From: an uncultured Oscillospiraceae bacterium
GTDB lineage: Bacteria; Bacillota; Clostridia; Oscillospirales; Oscillospiraceae
DNA length: 64,000 nt
NCBI GenBank assembly: GCA_944387205.1
Contig: CALXDZ010000118.1
Location: 16,309-80,308 of the forward strand
Reading direction: 5' to 3'
A program made the position numbers and the translations under genes. How positions within the stretch are numbered: the first letter of the stretch is position 1; each line of letters opens with the position of its first letter. Under the pieces are notes generated by a model. That model was given only the letters and a program-made list of their open reading frames with translations. It made no database searches and had not been told where the DNA came from. Positions 50,179 through 60,405 of the stretch are shown piece after piece.

Positions 50179-51090
50179 TCAGGAGATAGCCTCCGCCCCC
50201 ACGGTATACCCATTCCAGTGTCCGTCCACGCTGACAGCCGTACAATCGGTGAAGTAGTAAGCACCCAAGGGTGAGCGCCACTTCTGGGCATCAAAGCGGA
50301 CACCGTTATACGCCGGCGCTTCTTCTCCGGGGCCCATATTCGGCAGACTGAACACCACCGGTTCCTCCTCATTCTCCACAATGGAGAAGAGGCACCCGTC
50401 TTCCCACTGGTAGAGGGCTGGCTCCTCTCCGCTCTCCTGGGCAGGAGCACTGGCGGAAATGGGGTCCAGGTAGCCCTGCTCTGCCAGCTCCTCATAGGTG
50501 CCCTCCACAGGCACAAGGCCGTGGGCTTGGCCGAACGCCCAGGCCACCGCCGAACGCTCACTGGCCGTCAGGCGGGTCTGAGACAGGTCCACTCCCAGCT
50601 CTGTGATGCCCTGGTTCAGGCCGCTGTCCACCTCCCACAGGTCTTCCAGCACCTGCAGATAGAGCGTGCACAGATTGTCAAAGCCGCCGTCTGCACCGGA
50701 GGCGGCAGACAGGGCCGTCACCCCTCCCAGCCGGGCAGGGAAGGTCTCCTCCACCATGCCGGAACAGCTGATCTCCACCAGCATCCCGTCCTCCAGATCT
50801 TCCGCCGAGGCGGAGGCACCGTCCAGGAGCACCGGGATCTGCCCCACGGAGAGGGTATAGACACCGGTGCCGTTGTAAAATCCCTCGCCCTGCTCCGCCA
50901 GCAGCAGCTCCCCCGCTCCGGCGCCGGAGACGATGCGGCAGGTTAGAAGCGCCGCGCCGCCTGAGGGGTCCGCCTCCATTCCGCTGCCCTCCTGCTGAGA
51001 GCTGCTCGGAGATGGGTTCTGCCCACAGGCCGAAAGGATGGAAAGACACACAAACAGAGCCGTCAGAGCTGCCAAAAACCTCTTTTTCAT
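50179..51090 (-). CDS. Hypothetical lipoprotein
   Basis: MKKRF...LSAC lipobox; acidic mature domain; AAGGAGG RBS. Confidence 0.8.
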   Translation of the reverse strand: MKKRFLAALTALFVCLSILSACGQNPSPSSSQQEGSGMEADPSGGAALLTCRIVSGAGAGELLLAEQGEGFYNGTGVYTLSVGQIPVLLDGASASAEDLEDGMLVEISCSGMVEETFPARLGGVTALSAASGADGGFDNLCTLYLQVLEDLWEVDSGLNQGITELGVDLSQTRLTASERSAVAWAFGQAHGLVPVEGTYEELAEQGYLDPISASAPAQESGEEPALYQWEDGCLFSIVENEEEPVVFSLPNMGPGEEAPAYNGVRFDAQKWRSPLGAYYFTDCTAVSVDGHWNGYTVGAEAIS

Positions 51091-51119
51091 AGGACCGCCT
51101 CCTTGTTTCGTTTGCTATT

Positions 51120-51147
51120 TAGACGAAGCAGGAGGCGGCTTGGTTCC
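51120..51147 (-). promoter_or_regulatory. Putative ECF-sigma promoter of the lipoprotein gene
   Basis: GGAACC (51147-51142), 16 bp, CGTCTA (51125-51120). Confidence 0.5.
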
Positions 51148-51158
51148 TTATTTCCGGT

Positions 51159-51653
51159 CTAATAAACCGGGAGCAGGAAGGTCCAGGGCGCGGTGACAAT
51201 AGCCAGCGCCAGAGCGATCCGATGCGCTTGTCGCTCCGTCAGAAGCCCTGTTCCGGCCATAGCCCGTCGATCCAGAGCGTAGATGCACAAGCCGGAAAGC
51301 AGCACGGCAGTCAGGGTCCAAGCAAGGCCCAGGGGATGGCCGAAAGGATCGTAGGCGACATGGAGCAGAGCCTCCGCCCAGGGAACGCTGCCGCCCCAGG
51401 TGGCCAGAAGCAGCCCCAGCATCAAAAGGAGCACTCCCGCGGCGTCCGCCAGAAATCCAAGTCCCCACACCCGCCACCAAAGGCGCTTCATTACCGCAGT
51501 CCGGTTAGGACACCTGAGCGCTGTCAGCGCTGCAAAAAGCATCAGAGTATCCACCGCCAGATTTCCCGGCAGCACCACCAGCCACACCTGAGGAAAGATC
51601 CACAGCAGCCAAACAGGCAGAATGATATTGTAGAGCCGCACCGTCTTTCTCAT
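51159..51653 (-). CDS. Hypothetical membrane protein
   Basis: Several hydrophobic segments; ATG 51653 after AGGAGAGGAG. Confidence 0.75.
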   Translation of the reverse strand: MRKTVRLYNIILPVWLLWIFPQVWLVVLPGNLAVDTLMLFAALTALRCPNRTAVMKRLWWRVWGLGFLADAAGVLLLMLGLLLATWGGSVPWAEALLHVAYDPFGHPLGLAWTLTAVLLSGLCIYALDRRAMAGTGLLTERQAHRIALALAIVTAPWTFLLPVY

Positions 51654-51687
51654 AGGACTCCTCTCCTTTTGCCATCGTGCTTCCTCT

Positions 51688-52542
51688 CTATCCACGCTTT
51701 TTTCTCCGGGTCAAAAGCCCTGCCAGCATCCCCGCCAGGGCAAAAGCGGCCGCCACTCCCGTCTGGAAAAGCGCAGAAGAATTATAAAGTAAAAATACGT
51801 GCGGCACCGTCAGGATGGCGCACAAGACTCCATAGCCCAGGGCCAGAGGCACGCTCAGCCGCCGCCCGGCGGCCCAGCCGCTGCACAGGCAGAAAAAGGG
51901 CAGCATCAAAAAGGGATAGAACAGGCCCGTCAGCACAGGCACATCGATGCCCCGCTCCAAAAGCCGCAGCACCGGAGGCCCCGCCAGCTCCACCCCGACA
52001 GCCAGCAGCACATAGGGCCCCAGGCCGCCCAGAGCCGGACCGGCAGTCTTTTTCGGCATGAGGCCCAGCTCCCGGCGGATGCTCTGGAGCTCCGAGTGCC
52101 ACCGCAGATACCGCAGCAGCCACACCACGGCGTAGGCGAACCAGTACAGCCCCAGCACCACCAGCCACCCCTGCCATACGGCGGGCATCAGGCCGCAGGC
52201 GGCGCACAGCAGGGCAAAGAGCCCCGAAGAGAGGATCAGATGGACCGCCGTCCGCACAGCCACCCCGCGGCCGCTGCCCTCCATGGGCGGCACTGCCAGC
52301 CCCACGGAGGCCCCGAAGGCAAAGGCCGCCCCCAGCTCCGCCGCCAGCAGCCTCTGCCAGGACCAGCCGGTGGTCTCCAGCATCCGCAGGCTCACCGTCA
52401 GGGGCGCCGCAGCCGTCTCTGTCAGTCCCGTCAGACTGTTGACCCACACCATCACAAAGGGCACCAGCACCATGGCCCCCAGGCCCAGCCCCAAAGCCCA
52501 CAGCAGACGCCGGGTCAAAGATGTTCCATACAGTTCCTTCAT
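51688..52542 (-). CDS. DUF3021-like membrane protein with C-terminal extension
   Basis: Start overlaps the LytTR stop; RTAVHL...YAVVWLLRY...IRREL pattern typical of LytTR-system membrane partners. Confidence 0.7.
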   Translation of the reverse strand: MKELYGTSLTRRLLWALGLGLGAMVLVPFVMVWVNSLTGLTETAAAPLTVSLRMLETTGWSWQRLLAAELGAAFAFGASVGLAVPPMEGSGRGVAVRTAVHLILSSGLFALLCAACGLMPAVWQGWLVVLGLYWFAYAVVWLLRYLRWHSELQSIRRELGLMPKKTAGPALGGLGPYVLLAVGVELAGPPVLRLLERGIDVPVLTGLFYPFLMLPFFCLCSGWAAGRRLSVPLALGYGVLCAILTVPHVFLLYNSSALFQTGVAAAFALAGMLAGLLTRRKKRG

Positions 52543-52976
52543 ATGCCCAGCACCTCCTTGATCCGTTTCACATACCGCCGGGAGGCATAGCACACGGTCC
52601 CATCTGTCAGATGGATGCGGATGGTGCCCGTCAGCGTCAGATCCAGAGCCTTTACCTGGCCCAGGTTCACGATCTCCGAGTGGGAGATGCGGGCAAAGCG
52701 CCACTGCTCCAGCTCCCCGGAGAGCTCATAGAGCCGCCGGCGCACGGTAAAAACGCCCTCCGCCGTCTGGGCCAGAACGCCCTTGTCCTCCCCGTAAAAC
52801 CGGAGGATGTCCCGGATCTCCAGCGGCACCGCTGTGCCGTCGGGGGCAAAGCCCACCAGCTGCTGGTGTCCCTTGAGCCGCTCCAGCAGCGTCTCCACCT
52901 CCGGCGTCAGCGCCGGGGCGCGGACCACCACGGTCACCTCCTGCTCCTTCGGTTCCAGCCGCAGCTCCACCTTCAT
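52539..52976 (-). CDS. LytTR-only transcriptional regulator
   Basis: RLYEL...FARISHSEIVN...ASRRYV; no receiver domain. Confidence 0.92.
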   Translation of the reverse strand: MKVELRLEPKEQEVTVVVRAPALTPEVETLLERLKGHQQLVGFAPDGTAVPLEIRDILRFYGEDKGVLAQTAEGVFTVRRRLYELSGELEQWRFARISHSEIVNLGQVKALDLTLTGTIRIHLTDGTVCYASRRYVKRIKEVLGI

Positions 52977-53152
52977 GCCTGCTCTCCCCTTTCTGGTCTT
53001 CAGTATACGGGCTTTCCTCTGCTCCGTCCAGCCTTTTGCGACCATCGGCGTCCCACCGGTGACAGGCGGTAAAATCAAGGCTTGACAATCTAAAAAGCGG
53101 CGCTATAATAAGCATTGGATTAAAAATAAATCTTTGTTTATAAGGAGGAGCC

Positions 53153-54250
53153 ATGACACAGCGGGAACGGCAGATCCTGCAATGGATCGAAGAAAACCCC
53201 ATGATCTCCCAGCAGGAGCTGGCGGACCGGGCGGGCATCACCCGCTCCTCCGTGGCGGTGCACATCTCCAATCTGATGAAAAAGGGCTATATCGCCGGCA
53301 AGGGCTATGTGCTGCGCAATGCCTCCTATGCCGCCGTGGTGGGCGCCGTCAACATCGACATCGGCGGCTGGCCCTTCCGGGAGCTGGTGGCTAAAGACTC
53401 CAATCCGGGCACGGTGCGCATCTCTCTGGGCGGCGTGGGGCGAAATATCGCTCACAATATGAGCCTTCTGGGGGTGGACACCCGTTTTCTCACCGCCTTC
53501 GGCGACGACCTCCACGCCCAGCGCATCGCCGCCTCCTGCGGTGAGCTGGGCATCGACATCAGCCAGTCCCTCCAGGTGCCTAGCGGCGCCACCTCCACCT
53601 ACCTCTTTCTCTCCCAGGCGGACGGGGACATGGCTCTGGCGGTCAGCGACATGGAGATCTACCGCCACCTGACCCCGGCCTTTCTCAACTCCCGTCAGGG
53701 GCTTTTGAACAACGCCCAGCTGGTGGTGATGGACACCAATCTGCCGGCGGAGAGTCTGGCCTGGCTGGCTGAGCACGTGAAGGTGCCCCTCTTCTGTGAC
53801 CCCGTCTCCACCGCCAAGGCGGAAAAGCTGCGGCCCATTCTGGGCAGGCTCCACACCCTCAAGCCCAACCGGCTGGAGGCGGAGCTGCTCTCCGGCGTGA
53901 AAATCCAGGACCAGGCCAGTCTGGAACAGGCGGCCCAAGCCCTGCTGGACACGGGGCTGCGGCGGGTCTTCATCTCCCTGGGCAGCGATGGCGTCTACGC
54001 CGCCGACCACCACGATGCAGTGCTGCTGCCCTGCCTCCCCGCCCGAATGGTCAACGCCACCGGTGCCGGAGATGCATCCATGGCTGCCATCGCCTGGGCC
54101 TATCTGGAGGGCACAGACCTTCACGATACCGCCCTGGCCTCTCTGGCCGCCGGGTCCCTGGCCATGGAGAGCGAGGAGACCATCAACCCGGCCCTGTGCG
54201 CCTCCCTCCTGCGGAAGCGGATGGCACAAGCCGCTTCTTCTGCTCCTTAA
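53153..54250 (+). CDS. psuK: PfkB-family pseudouridine kinase with N-terminal HTH
   Basis: HTH (ISQQELA...SSVAVHISNL), GGVGRNIA, NATGAGD; adjacent to psuG. Confidence 0.85.
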   Translation: MTQRERQILQWIEENPMISQQELADRAGITRSSVAVHISNLMKKGYIAGKGYVLRNASYAAVVGAVNIDIGGWPFRELVAKDSNPGTVRISLGGVGRNIAHNMSLLGVDTRFLTAFGDDLHAQRIAASCGELGIDISQSLQVPSGATSTYLFLSQADGDMALAVSDMEIYRHLTPAFLNSRQGLLNNAQLVVMDTNLPAESLAWLAEHVKVPLFCDPVSTAKAEKLRPILGRLHTLKPNRLEAELLSGVKIQDQASLEQAAQALLDTGLRRVFISLGSDGVYAADHHDAVLLPCLPARMVNATGAGDASMAAIAWAYLEGTDLHDTALASLAAGSLAMESEETINPALCASLLRKRMAQAASSAP

Positions 54251-54305
54251 CCAAGTTGAATTGAACAATATATACGATAAAATTATCAATATGGAGGTCA
54301 TTATC

Positions 54306-55235
54306 ATGCGTATGAATCCCTATCTGGACGTGGCTCCCGAGGTGTCTCAGGCTCTGGCCGAAGGCCGCCCTGTGGTGGCGCTGGAGTCCACCATCATCTC
54401 CCACGGTATGCCTTATCCCCAGAACGTGGAGACTGCTCTGCACGTGGAGCAGATCATCCGAGAGGGCGGCGCCGTGCCCGCCACCATCGCCATCATCGGC
54501 GGGCGGCTCAAGGCCGGACTGACCAAGGAGGAGATCGACTATCTGGGCCGGACCGGTTCCGGTATCCCCAAGGCCAGCCGCCGGGATCTGCCGGTGCTGG
54601 TGGCCAAGGGCATGGACGGTGCCTGCACCGTCACCACCACCATGATGATCGCCGCCATGGCCGGCATCTCCGTCTTTGCCACCGGCGGCATCGGCGGTGT
54701 CCACCGGGGCGCGGAGACCACCATGGACATCTCCGCGGATCTGGAGGAGCTGGCCCACACCCCCGTGATGGTCATCTGCGCCGGCGCCAAGTCCATTCTG
54801 GACCTGGGTCTGACCCTGGAGTATCTGGAGACCCACGGCGTCACCGTCATCGGCTACGGCACCAAGGAGCTGCCCGCCTTCTACACCCGCCGCAGCGGCT
54901 TCGGCGTGGACTATGAGCTGGACACCCCCCAGGAGCTGGCCAAGGCGTTCCACGTCAAGCGGGAGCTTGGCATGGAGGGCGGCATGCTGGTGACCAACCC
55001 CATTCCCGAGGAGTACTCCATGGACCCCGCCGTCATCAACAAGGCCATCGACGAAGCCGTAGCCGAAGCCAAGGCCAAGGGCATTCACGGCAAGGAGACC
55101 ACCCCCTTCCTGCTGGCCAAGATCAAGGACCTGACCGGCGGTGACTCTCTGGACTCCAACATCCAGTTGGTTTATAACAACGCTAAGCTGGCCGCCAAGA
55201 CCGCCGCTGAGCTGTGCAAGCTTGCCAAGGCCTAA
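54306..55235 (+). CDS. psuG: Pseudouridine-5'-phosphate glycosidase
   Basis: VVALESTIISHGMPYP, TGGIGGVHRG, DISADL, GAKSILD, TPFLL. Confidence 0.95.
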   Translation: MRMNPYLDVAPEVSQALAEGRPVVALESTIISHGMPYPQNVETALHVEQIIREGGAVPATIAIIGGRLKAGLTKEEIDYLGRTGSGIPKASRRDLPVLVAKGMDGACTVTTTMMIAAMAGISVFATGGIGGVHRGAETTMDISADLEELAHTPVMVICAGAKSILDLGLTLEYLETHGVTVIGYGTKELPAFYTRRSGFGVDYELDTPQELAKAFHVKRELGMEGGMLVTNPIPEEYSMDPAVINKAIDEAVAEAKAKGIHGKETTPFLLAKIKDLTGGDSLDSNIQLVYNNAKLAAKTAAELCKLAKA

Positions 55236-55303
55236 ATTCTCTGCTACCATGGAGCTGACCGGACACCCGGTCAGCTCTTTTTTATTTTGGGAGGACCGTT
55301 CTC

Positions 55304-55669
55304 ATGACTCTGACCTATTTTCTTTCGGCTCCCTATCTGCCGGAGAGCACCTCTTCCGCCGCCTTTCTCTTCCTGGGCTCCCCCCGGGCACTGCTGGGGC
55401 TGTGGCTGGCGGTCATCAACCTGGTGACCTTTTTGGTGTTCGGCCTGGACAAGTGGAAGGCCAAGCGCACCCAGGCCCATCCCCGCACCCGCCGGGTGCC
55501 GGAAAAGACGCTCTTTCTCCTGGCTGTCCTGGGCGGCAGTGTGGGCGCTCTGTTGGGCATGCGGGTATGGCACCACAAGACTCTCCATCGCTCCTTCCGC
55601 TACGGCATCCCCGCCATTTTTCTGGCAGAACTGGCGCTGGGAGTGGGCCTCTGGTGGCTGTGCAGGTAG
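55304..55669 (+). CDS. DUF1294 family membrane protein
   Basis: FGLDKWKA...RVPEKTL...GGSVGA...HHKT. Confidence 0.88.
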   Translation: MTLTYFLSAPYLPESTSSAAFLFLGSPRALLGLWLAVINLVTFLVFGLDKWKAKRTQAHPRTRRVPEKTLFLLAVLGGSVGALLGMRVWHHKTLHRSFRYGIPAIFLAELALGVGLWWLCR

Positions 55670-55894
55670 AGCTTTCCCGGCCGTGTCACCAGCTCCAACG
55701 CCCTGAATTTCCACAGTTTTCCCCATTGCAAGTCCTAAATGCGCAGAAGTTTTCTGCAAAATTTTGTGAAAAACGTAAAAATTAACATGTTTACGTAATA
55801 AAGCGTGAAATCTTACCTTGCAAAACAATTCCCATGTGTTAGAATGGAGAAACAATGAACCCCCTATCATCAACCAAATGAGGAGTGGAGAAAA

Positions 55895-58018
55895 ATGGAA
55901 AACCTGTTCTGGATTGGGTTTGTGGGCGCCTTGGTGGCAGGCCTCTTCGCCCTGGCACAGGCCAAAAAGGTCATGACCTATTCCGAGGGCACGGAGCGGA
56001 TGCAGAAGATCGCCGCATCCATCCGGGCCGGCGCCAACGCCTATTTGAAACAGCAGTACACCACCGTTTTCAAGGTATTTGTGGTGGTGTTCATCATCCT
56101 GGTGGTCATCGCTTTCGCCTCCGGCGGAAAGATGCTCTCCCAGTTCGCCCCCTTTGCCTTCCTGACCGGCGGCATCTGGTCCATGCTGGCGGGCTTCATC
56201 GGTATGAAGATCGCCACCAATTCCAATGCCCGCACCGCACAGGCTGCCTCCGAGAGCCTCAATAAGGGCCTGCGGGTGGCATTCTCCTCCGGCTCCGTCA
56301 TGGGCTTCACCGTGGTGGGCCTGGGCATGCTGGATATCACGCTGTGGTTCTTCATCCTGCGCTACGGCTTCGGCATCGATGATCCCGTCCAGCTGGGCAA
56401 TATCATGGTCATGAACGGCATGGGTGCCTCCTTTATGGCCCTGTTCGCCCGTGTGGGCGGCGGCATCTACACCAAAGCCGCCGACGTGGGCGCGGACCTG
56501 GTGGGCAAGGTGGAGGCCGGCATCCCCGAGGATGACCCCCGGAACCCCGCCACCATCGCTGACAACGTGGGCGACAACGTGGGCGACGTGGCCGGCATGG
56601 GTGCGGACCTGTATGAGTCCTATGTGGGCTCCATCCTGGCCACCTTCGCCCTGGGCGCCGTGGGCGGCTACGGCTGGGGCGGACTGCTGCTGCCTGTGGC
56701 TCTGGCCGTGTGCGGCATCTTCTGCTCCATCATTGGCTCCTTCCTGGTCAAGACCAAGGAGAATGCCTCCCAGCAGTCCCTGCTCAAGAGCCTGCGCACC
56801 GGCACCTACACCGCCGCTGTGCTCTCTGCTGTGCTGGCTGCTCCTCTGACCTACTTCATCCTGGACGGCCACATGGGCGTGTATGTGGCTATTCTCTGCG
56901 GCCTCATTGGCGGCTGCGCCATCGGCTATTTCACCGAGTACTACACCTCCGACACCTATAAGCCCACCCAGGAGCTGGCAGCAGCCTCTGAGACCGGTTC
57001 CGCCACTATCATCATCGGCGGTATCTCCTTGGGCCTCAAGTCCACCCTGACCTCCATCCTGATCGTGGCCGTGGCGGTGCTCATCAGCTACTTCGCCGCC
57101 GGCGGCTCCACCGTCATCGTGGACGGCTCCGGCGCTTTTACCGACGCCTTTAACAAGGGCCTCTATGGCATCGGCATCGCCGGTGTGGGCATGCTCTCCA
57201 CCCTGGGCATCACCCTGGCCACCGACGCCTACGGCCCTGTGGCCGACAACGCCGGCGGCATTGCCGAGATGTCCGGCCTGCCTGAGGAGGTCCGGGAACG
57301 CACCGACGCTCTGGATTCTCTGGGCAACACCACCGCCGCCACCGGCAAGGGCTTCGCCATCGGCTCCGCTTCCCTGACCGCTCTGGCCCTGCTGGTGAGC
57401 TACGTCAACATCGTGCAGGAGAATACCACCGAGACCCTCAACTTCACCCTGACCAGCCCCACGGTGCTGGTGGGTATGTTCATCGGCGCCATGCTGACCT
57501 TCGTCTTCTCCGCCTTCACCATGAGCGCGGTGCAGAAGGCTGCCCAGTCCATCGTGGTAGAGGTCCGGCGGCAGTTCAAGGAGATCGCCGGCATCATGGA
57601 CTACAAGTCCGATCCCGACTACGCCTCCTGCGTGTCCCTGTGCACCCGCGGCGCCCTCCACGAGATGGTGGTGCCCGCTCTGCTGGCCATTATCGTTCCC
57701 ATCCTCACGGGCCTGATCCTGGGCCCCACCGGCGTGGTGGGTCTGCTGGGCGGCGTCTCTGTCACCGGTTTTGCCATGGCCGTGTTCATGTCCAACGCCG
57801 GCGGCGCCTGGGACAATGCCAAGAAGTATATCGAGTCCGGTCACCACGGCGGCAAGGGCTCCGAGCAGCACAAGGCGGCTGTGGTGGGCGACACTGTGGG
57901 CGATCCCTTCAAGGACACCTCCGGTCCGTCCCTGAACATCCTCATCAAGCTCTGCTCCACCGTGTCCATCGTGTTCTCCGGCCTGATCCTGGCCTTTAAC
58001 CTGATGAACCTGCTGTAA
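55895..58018 (+). CDS. hppA: Membrane-integral ion-translocating pyrophosphatase (K+-dependent type, probably Na+-pumping)
   Basis: GGGIYTKAADVGADLVGKVE, DNVGDNVGD, GNTTAA (Ala indicates K+-dependent type), GDTVGDPFKD. Confidence 0.95.
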   Translation: MENLFWIGFVGALVAGLFALAQAKKVMTYSEGTERMQKIAASIRAGANAYLKQQYTTVFKVFVVVFIILVVIAFASGGKMLSQFAPFAFLTGGIWSMLAGFIGMKIATNSNARTAQAASESLNKGLRVAFSSGSVMGFTVVGLGMLDITLWFFILRYGFGIDDPVQLGNIMVMNGMGASFMALFARVGGGIYTKAADVGADLVGKVEAGIPEDDPRNPATIADNVGDNVGDVAGMGADLYESYVGSILATFALGAVGGYGWGGLLLPVALAVCGIFCSIIGSFLVKTKENASQQSLLKSLRTGTYTAAVLSAVLAAPLTYFILDGHMGVYVAILCGLIGGCAIGYFTEYYTSDTYKPTQELAAASETGSATIIIGGISLGLKSTLTSILIVAVAVLISYFAAGGSTVIVDGSGAFTDAFNKGLYGIGIAGVGMLSTLGITLATDAYGPVADNAGGIAEMSGLPEEVRERTDALDSLGNTTAATGKGFAIGSASLTALALLVSYVNIVQENTTETLNFTLTSPTVLVGMFIGAMLTFVFSAFTMSAVQKAAQSIVVEVRRQFKEIAGIMDYKSDPDYASCVSLCTRGALHEMVVPALLAIIVPILTGLILGPTGVVGLLGGVSVTGFAMAVFMSNAGGAWDNAKKYIESGHHGGKGSEQHKAAVVGDTVGDPFKDTSGPSLNILIKLCSTVSIVFSGLILAFNLMNLL

Positions 58019-58025
58019 AGGGAAA

Positions 58026-58073
58026 CAAAAAAGCCGCCCTCCGCACCAAGTGTGCGGAGGGCGGCTTTTTTCT
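58026..58073. terminator. Bidirectional terminator hppA / GerMN gene
   Basis: aaaaagccgccctccgcac / gtgcggagggcggcttttt. Confidence 0.85.
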
Positions 58074-58075
58074 CT

Positions 58076-58996
58076 TTATTCATCAGGCTGCAGGATCCCG
58101 GAGATATCCACTTCACCATAGTAGTTCCGGGATTCACCGTCCACCCGGATCTGGACGCCGTCCACCGTATCCAGGGAGCACAGGGAATCCACCAGTGCCC
58201 GGATGGTAAATCGGGAAGATTCGCCGGAAGCCGCATCACACACTGACGAGGGCAGATTCACATAGCAGATGTCCTCTTCCGTCCAGATGGAGAGGATGCT
58301 GAAGTCCTCCGGCAGGGCGGAAACCAGATCCTTGCTCTGGGGACCTTCCAGCAAAGCGTTCACCAGCACCTGGGCCTGGGAGTCGCCCTCATAGAGCTCC
58401 AGCGTCCGCTGCTCCGATACCAGCGTACCGTCGGCGGCCAGGAACCACAGCGTGGCCTCCACGGTGCCCACCACATCGTCCGCCGTGGTCAGGAGCACAT
58501 CCTGGGCACGGAAATTCTGATGGTCCCGATAGGCCAGCTCCTGGCCCCGGACGGTGACACTCACCACCTTGACGCCAGGCACCTGGGTCAGGGACAAGGT
58601 CAGGCAGTAATCCGCCAGGGTCAAAAATATGCCGGAGAGGCTGCTGTAGGCTCCAGACAGGTCCACCGTCAGATGGCTCCCATCCAGATCCAGTCCCAGC
58701 AGAGTGGTCCCCTGAGGGGCAACAGAGCGATATTCCGTTCCCTGTGGATCTTCCAGCAGCTGCTCTACCATGGCCCGGGCCAGAGCCAGCGGCTCCATGT
58801 CCCCGCCGCCGTCAATGACAGTGGGCACCCCGGCAATGGCATCGCCCCCCAGGCTTCCCTCCGGGTCCTGGGCAAAGTCTGTGAGATAATAGAGCTGGAA
58901 GGTATTGGCGCTGTCGCTGACAGCCTGATTGACGATGGCACAGCCGGAGAGTGCCATGAGTGCCAGCGCCAACAGCAAAGCAAGTCCTCGTCTCAC
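58076..58996 (-). CDS. Lipoprotein with two GerMN domains
   Basis: LSGC lipobox; twice LLxxP...VxL...SL...VxxVxxxVxG pattern; GTG start overlaps the kinase stop. Confidence 0.8.
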   Translation of the reverse strand: MRRGLALLLALALMALSGCAIVNQAVSDSANTFQLYYLTDFAQDPEGSLGGDAIAGVPTVIDGGGDMEPLALARAMVEQLLEDPQGTEYRSVAPQGTTLLGLDLDGSHLTVDLSGAYSSLSGIFLTLADYCLTLSLTQVPGVKVVSVTVRGQELAYRDHQNFRAQDVLLTTADDVVGTVEATLWFLAADGTLVSEQRTLELYEGDSQAQVLVNALLEGPQSKDLVSALPEDFSILSIWTEEDICYVNLPSSVCDAASGESSRFTIRALVDSLCSLDTVDGVQIRVDGESRNYYGEVDISGILQPDE

Positions 58997-60405
58997 GGCG
59001 TCTCCTCCTCTCGCCGGGCCAGGGGCCAACGCACAGTGAACACCGCGCCGCCCTCCGGGCGGTTATCGGCCTCCACAGTGCCGCCCCGGCGCTCCACCGT
59101 ATCCCGGACGATGGCCAGGCCCAGGCCCGTGCCGCCGGCGGCCCGGGAGCGAGCCTTGTCTACCCGGTAGAACCGGTCGAACACCTTGGGCAGGTCCTCC
59201 TCCGGGATGCCCACGCCGTCGTCCTCCACCGCCAGCGTCACCCGGGACTCCCGGCAAAAGAGCTTCACCTGGGTCCGGCCGCCGGTGCCGCTGTACTTGA
59301 TGGCGTTGTCCACCAGGTTGTAGATGACCTGGTGGAGCTCGTCCCGGGTAGAGCATACCAGGCACCCCTCCCCGGCCTCATAGGTCAGTGTGATGTCCCG
59401 CTCCGTGGCCACCAGCTCCATCATCCGCAGCACCTGCTGGAGCACCGGCAGCACATCCACCACCGTGGCCTGCTGCATCAGCCCGCTGTCCAGACGGGTC
59501 AGCTGGAGCAGATCCTCGGTGATGCGGGTCAGGCGCTGGGCTTCCTGGCCAATGTCCGCCACGAATTCCTTGGTGGTGGCTGGGTCAATGTTCTCCGTCT
59601 GGAGGATGGAGTCCGTCAGCAGCTGGATGGCCGCCAGAGGCGTCTTGAGCTCGTGGGAGGCATCGGAAACAAAGCGCCTACGGGCCTCCTCCGTCTTTTG
59701 CAGCCGGTCGGTAAGGCTGTTGAATTCCTGGGAGATCTCCGCCAGCTCGTCCCGGCCCCGGACCACGGCCCGGCGGCCATAGGCTCCCTCCCGGACGCTG
59801 CGGATGGCTGAGAGCAGCTCGCTGATCTGCCGGGTCAGGGCCCGGGACAGCACCGCCGACAGCACCAGCACAACTGCCGCGATCAGCAGCGAGATATTGC
59901 GCAGATTGGACTGAAAGCCCTTGAGCAGCGAGGCCTGCTCCGTGTCGTACTCATAGGCGTACACCGCTCCGATGACCTGGTTCTGGTACAGCACCGGCGC
60001 CGCCGAGCGGCTGCGGAATGCACCGCCCTGGTAGGAGATGGAGAAGGCGTCGTTGCCTGTCAGGGCCAGGACCACCTCTGTATACACGGCATATTCCCCC
60101 ACAGAGCTGCCGGTCTCCCGGGTGTCATAGAGGATGCGGCCGCTCTCATCAGTGACCAGGATCCGGGAGATCCCCGTCTCCTCCACCACAGCCATGGCCT
60201 GCTTCACGTTCTCCTCTGTCAGTGTCTCCAGCCCCGCCAAAGAGGAGGCGATCACCGTGACACTGTCCTGCATGGTGCTCTGCTTGGAGCGGAACACCAG
60301 ATCCTCCGATACCAGCAGCGGGTAGGTATTCATCAGCACCAGCACCGCCACGATGATACCGATATAGCTCAGGCCGAATTTATTTTGCAGACTAGCCTTT
60401 GAAAT
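58993..60405 (-). CDS. HAMP-domain sensor histidine kinase (start uncertain)
   Basis: SDASHELKTPL H-box, NLVDNAIKY, DDGVGI, FDRFYRVDKARSR, GTGLGL; frame open upstream of GTG 60351. Confidence 0.93.
   Translation of the reverse strand: MSKASLQNKFGLSYIGIIVAVLVLMNTYPLLVSEDLVFRSKQSTMQDSVTVIASSLAGLETLTEENVKQAMAVVEETGISRILVTDESGRILYDTRETGSSVGEYAVYTEVVLALTGNDAFSISYQGGAFRSRSAAPVLYQNQVIGAVYAYEYDTEQASLLKGFQSNLRNISLLIAAVVLVLSAVLSRALTRQISELLSAIRSVREGAYGRRAVVRGRDELAEISQEFNSLTDRLQKTEEARRRFVSDASHELKTPLAAIQLLTDSILQTENIDPATTKEFVADIGQEAQRLTRITEDLLQLTRLDSGLMQQATVVDVLPVLQQVLRMMELVATERDITLTYEAGEGCLVCSTRDELHQVIYNLVDNAIKYSGTGGRTQVKLFCRESRVTLAVEDDGVGIPEEDLPKVFDRFYRVDKARSRAAGGTGLGLAIVRDTVERRGGTVEADNRPEGGAVFTVRWPLARREEETP

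Noticed and set aside
53153-54250. HTH-PfkB fusion as a novelty
   Set aside because: HTH-fused pseudouridine kinases next to psuG are a known arrangement in Firmicutes.
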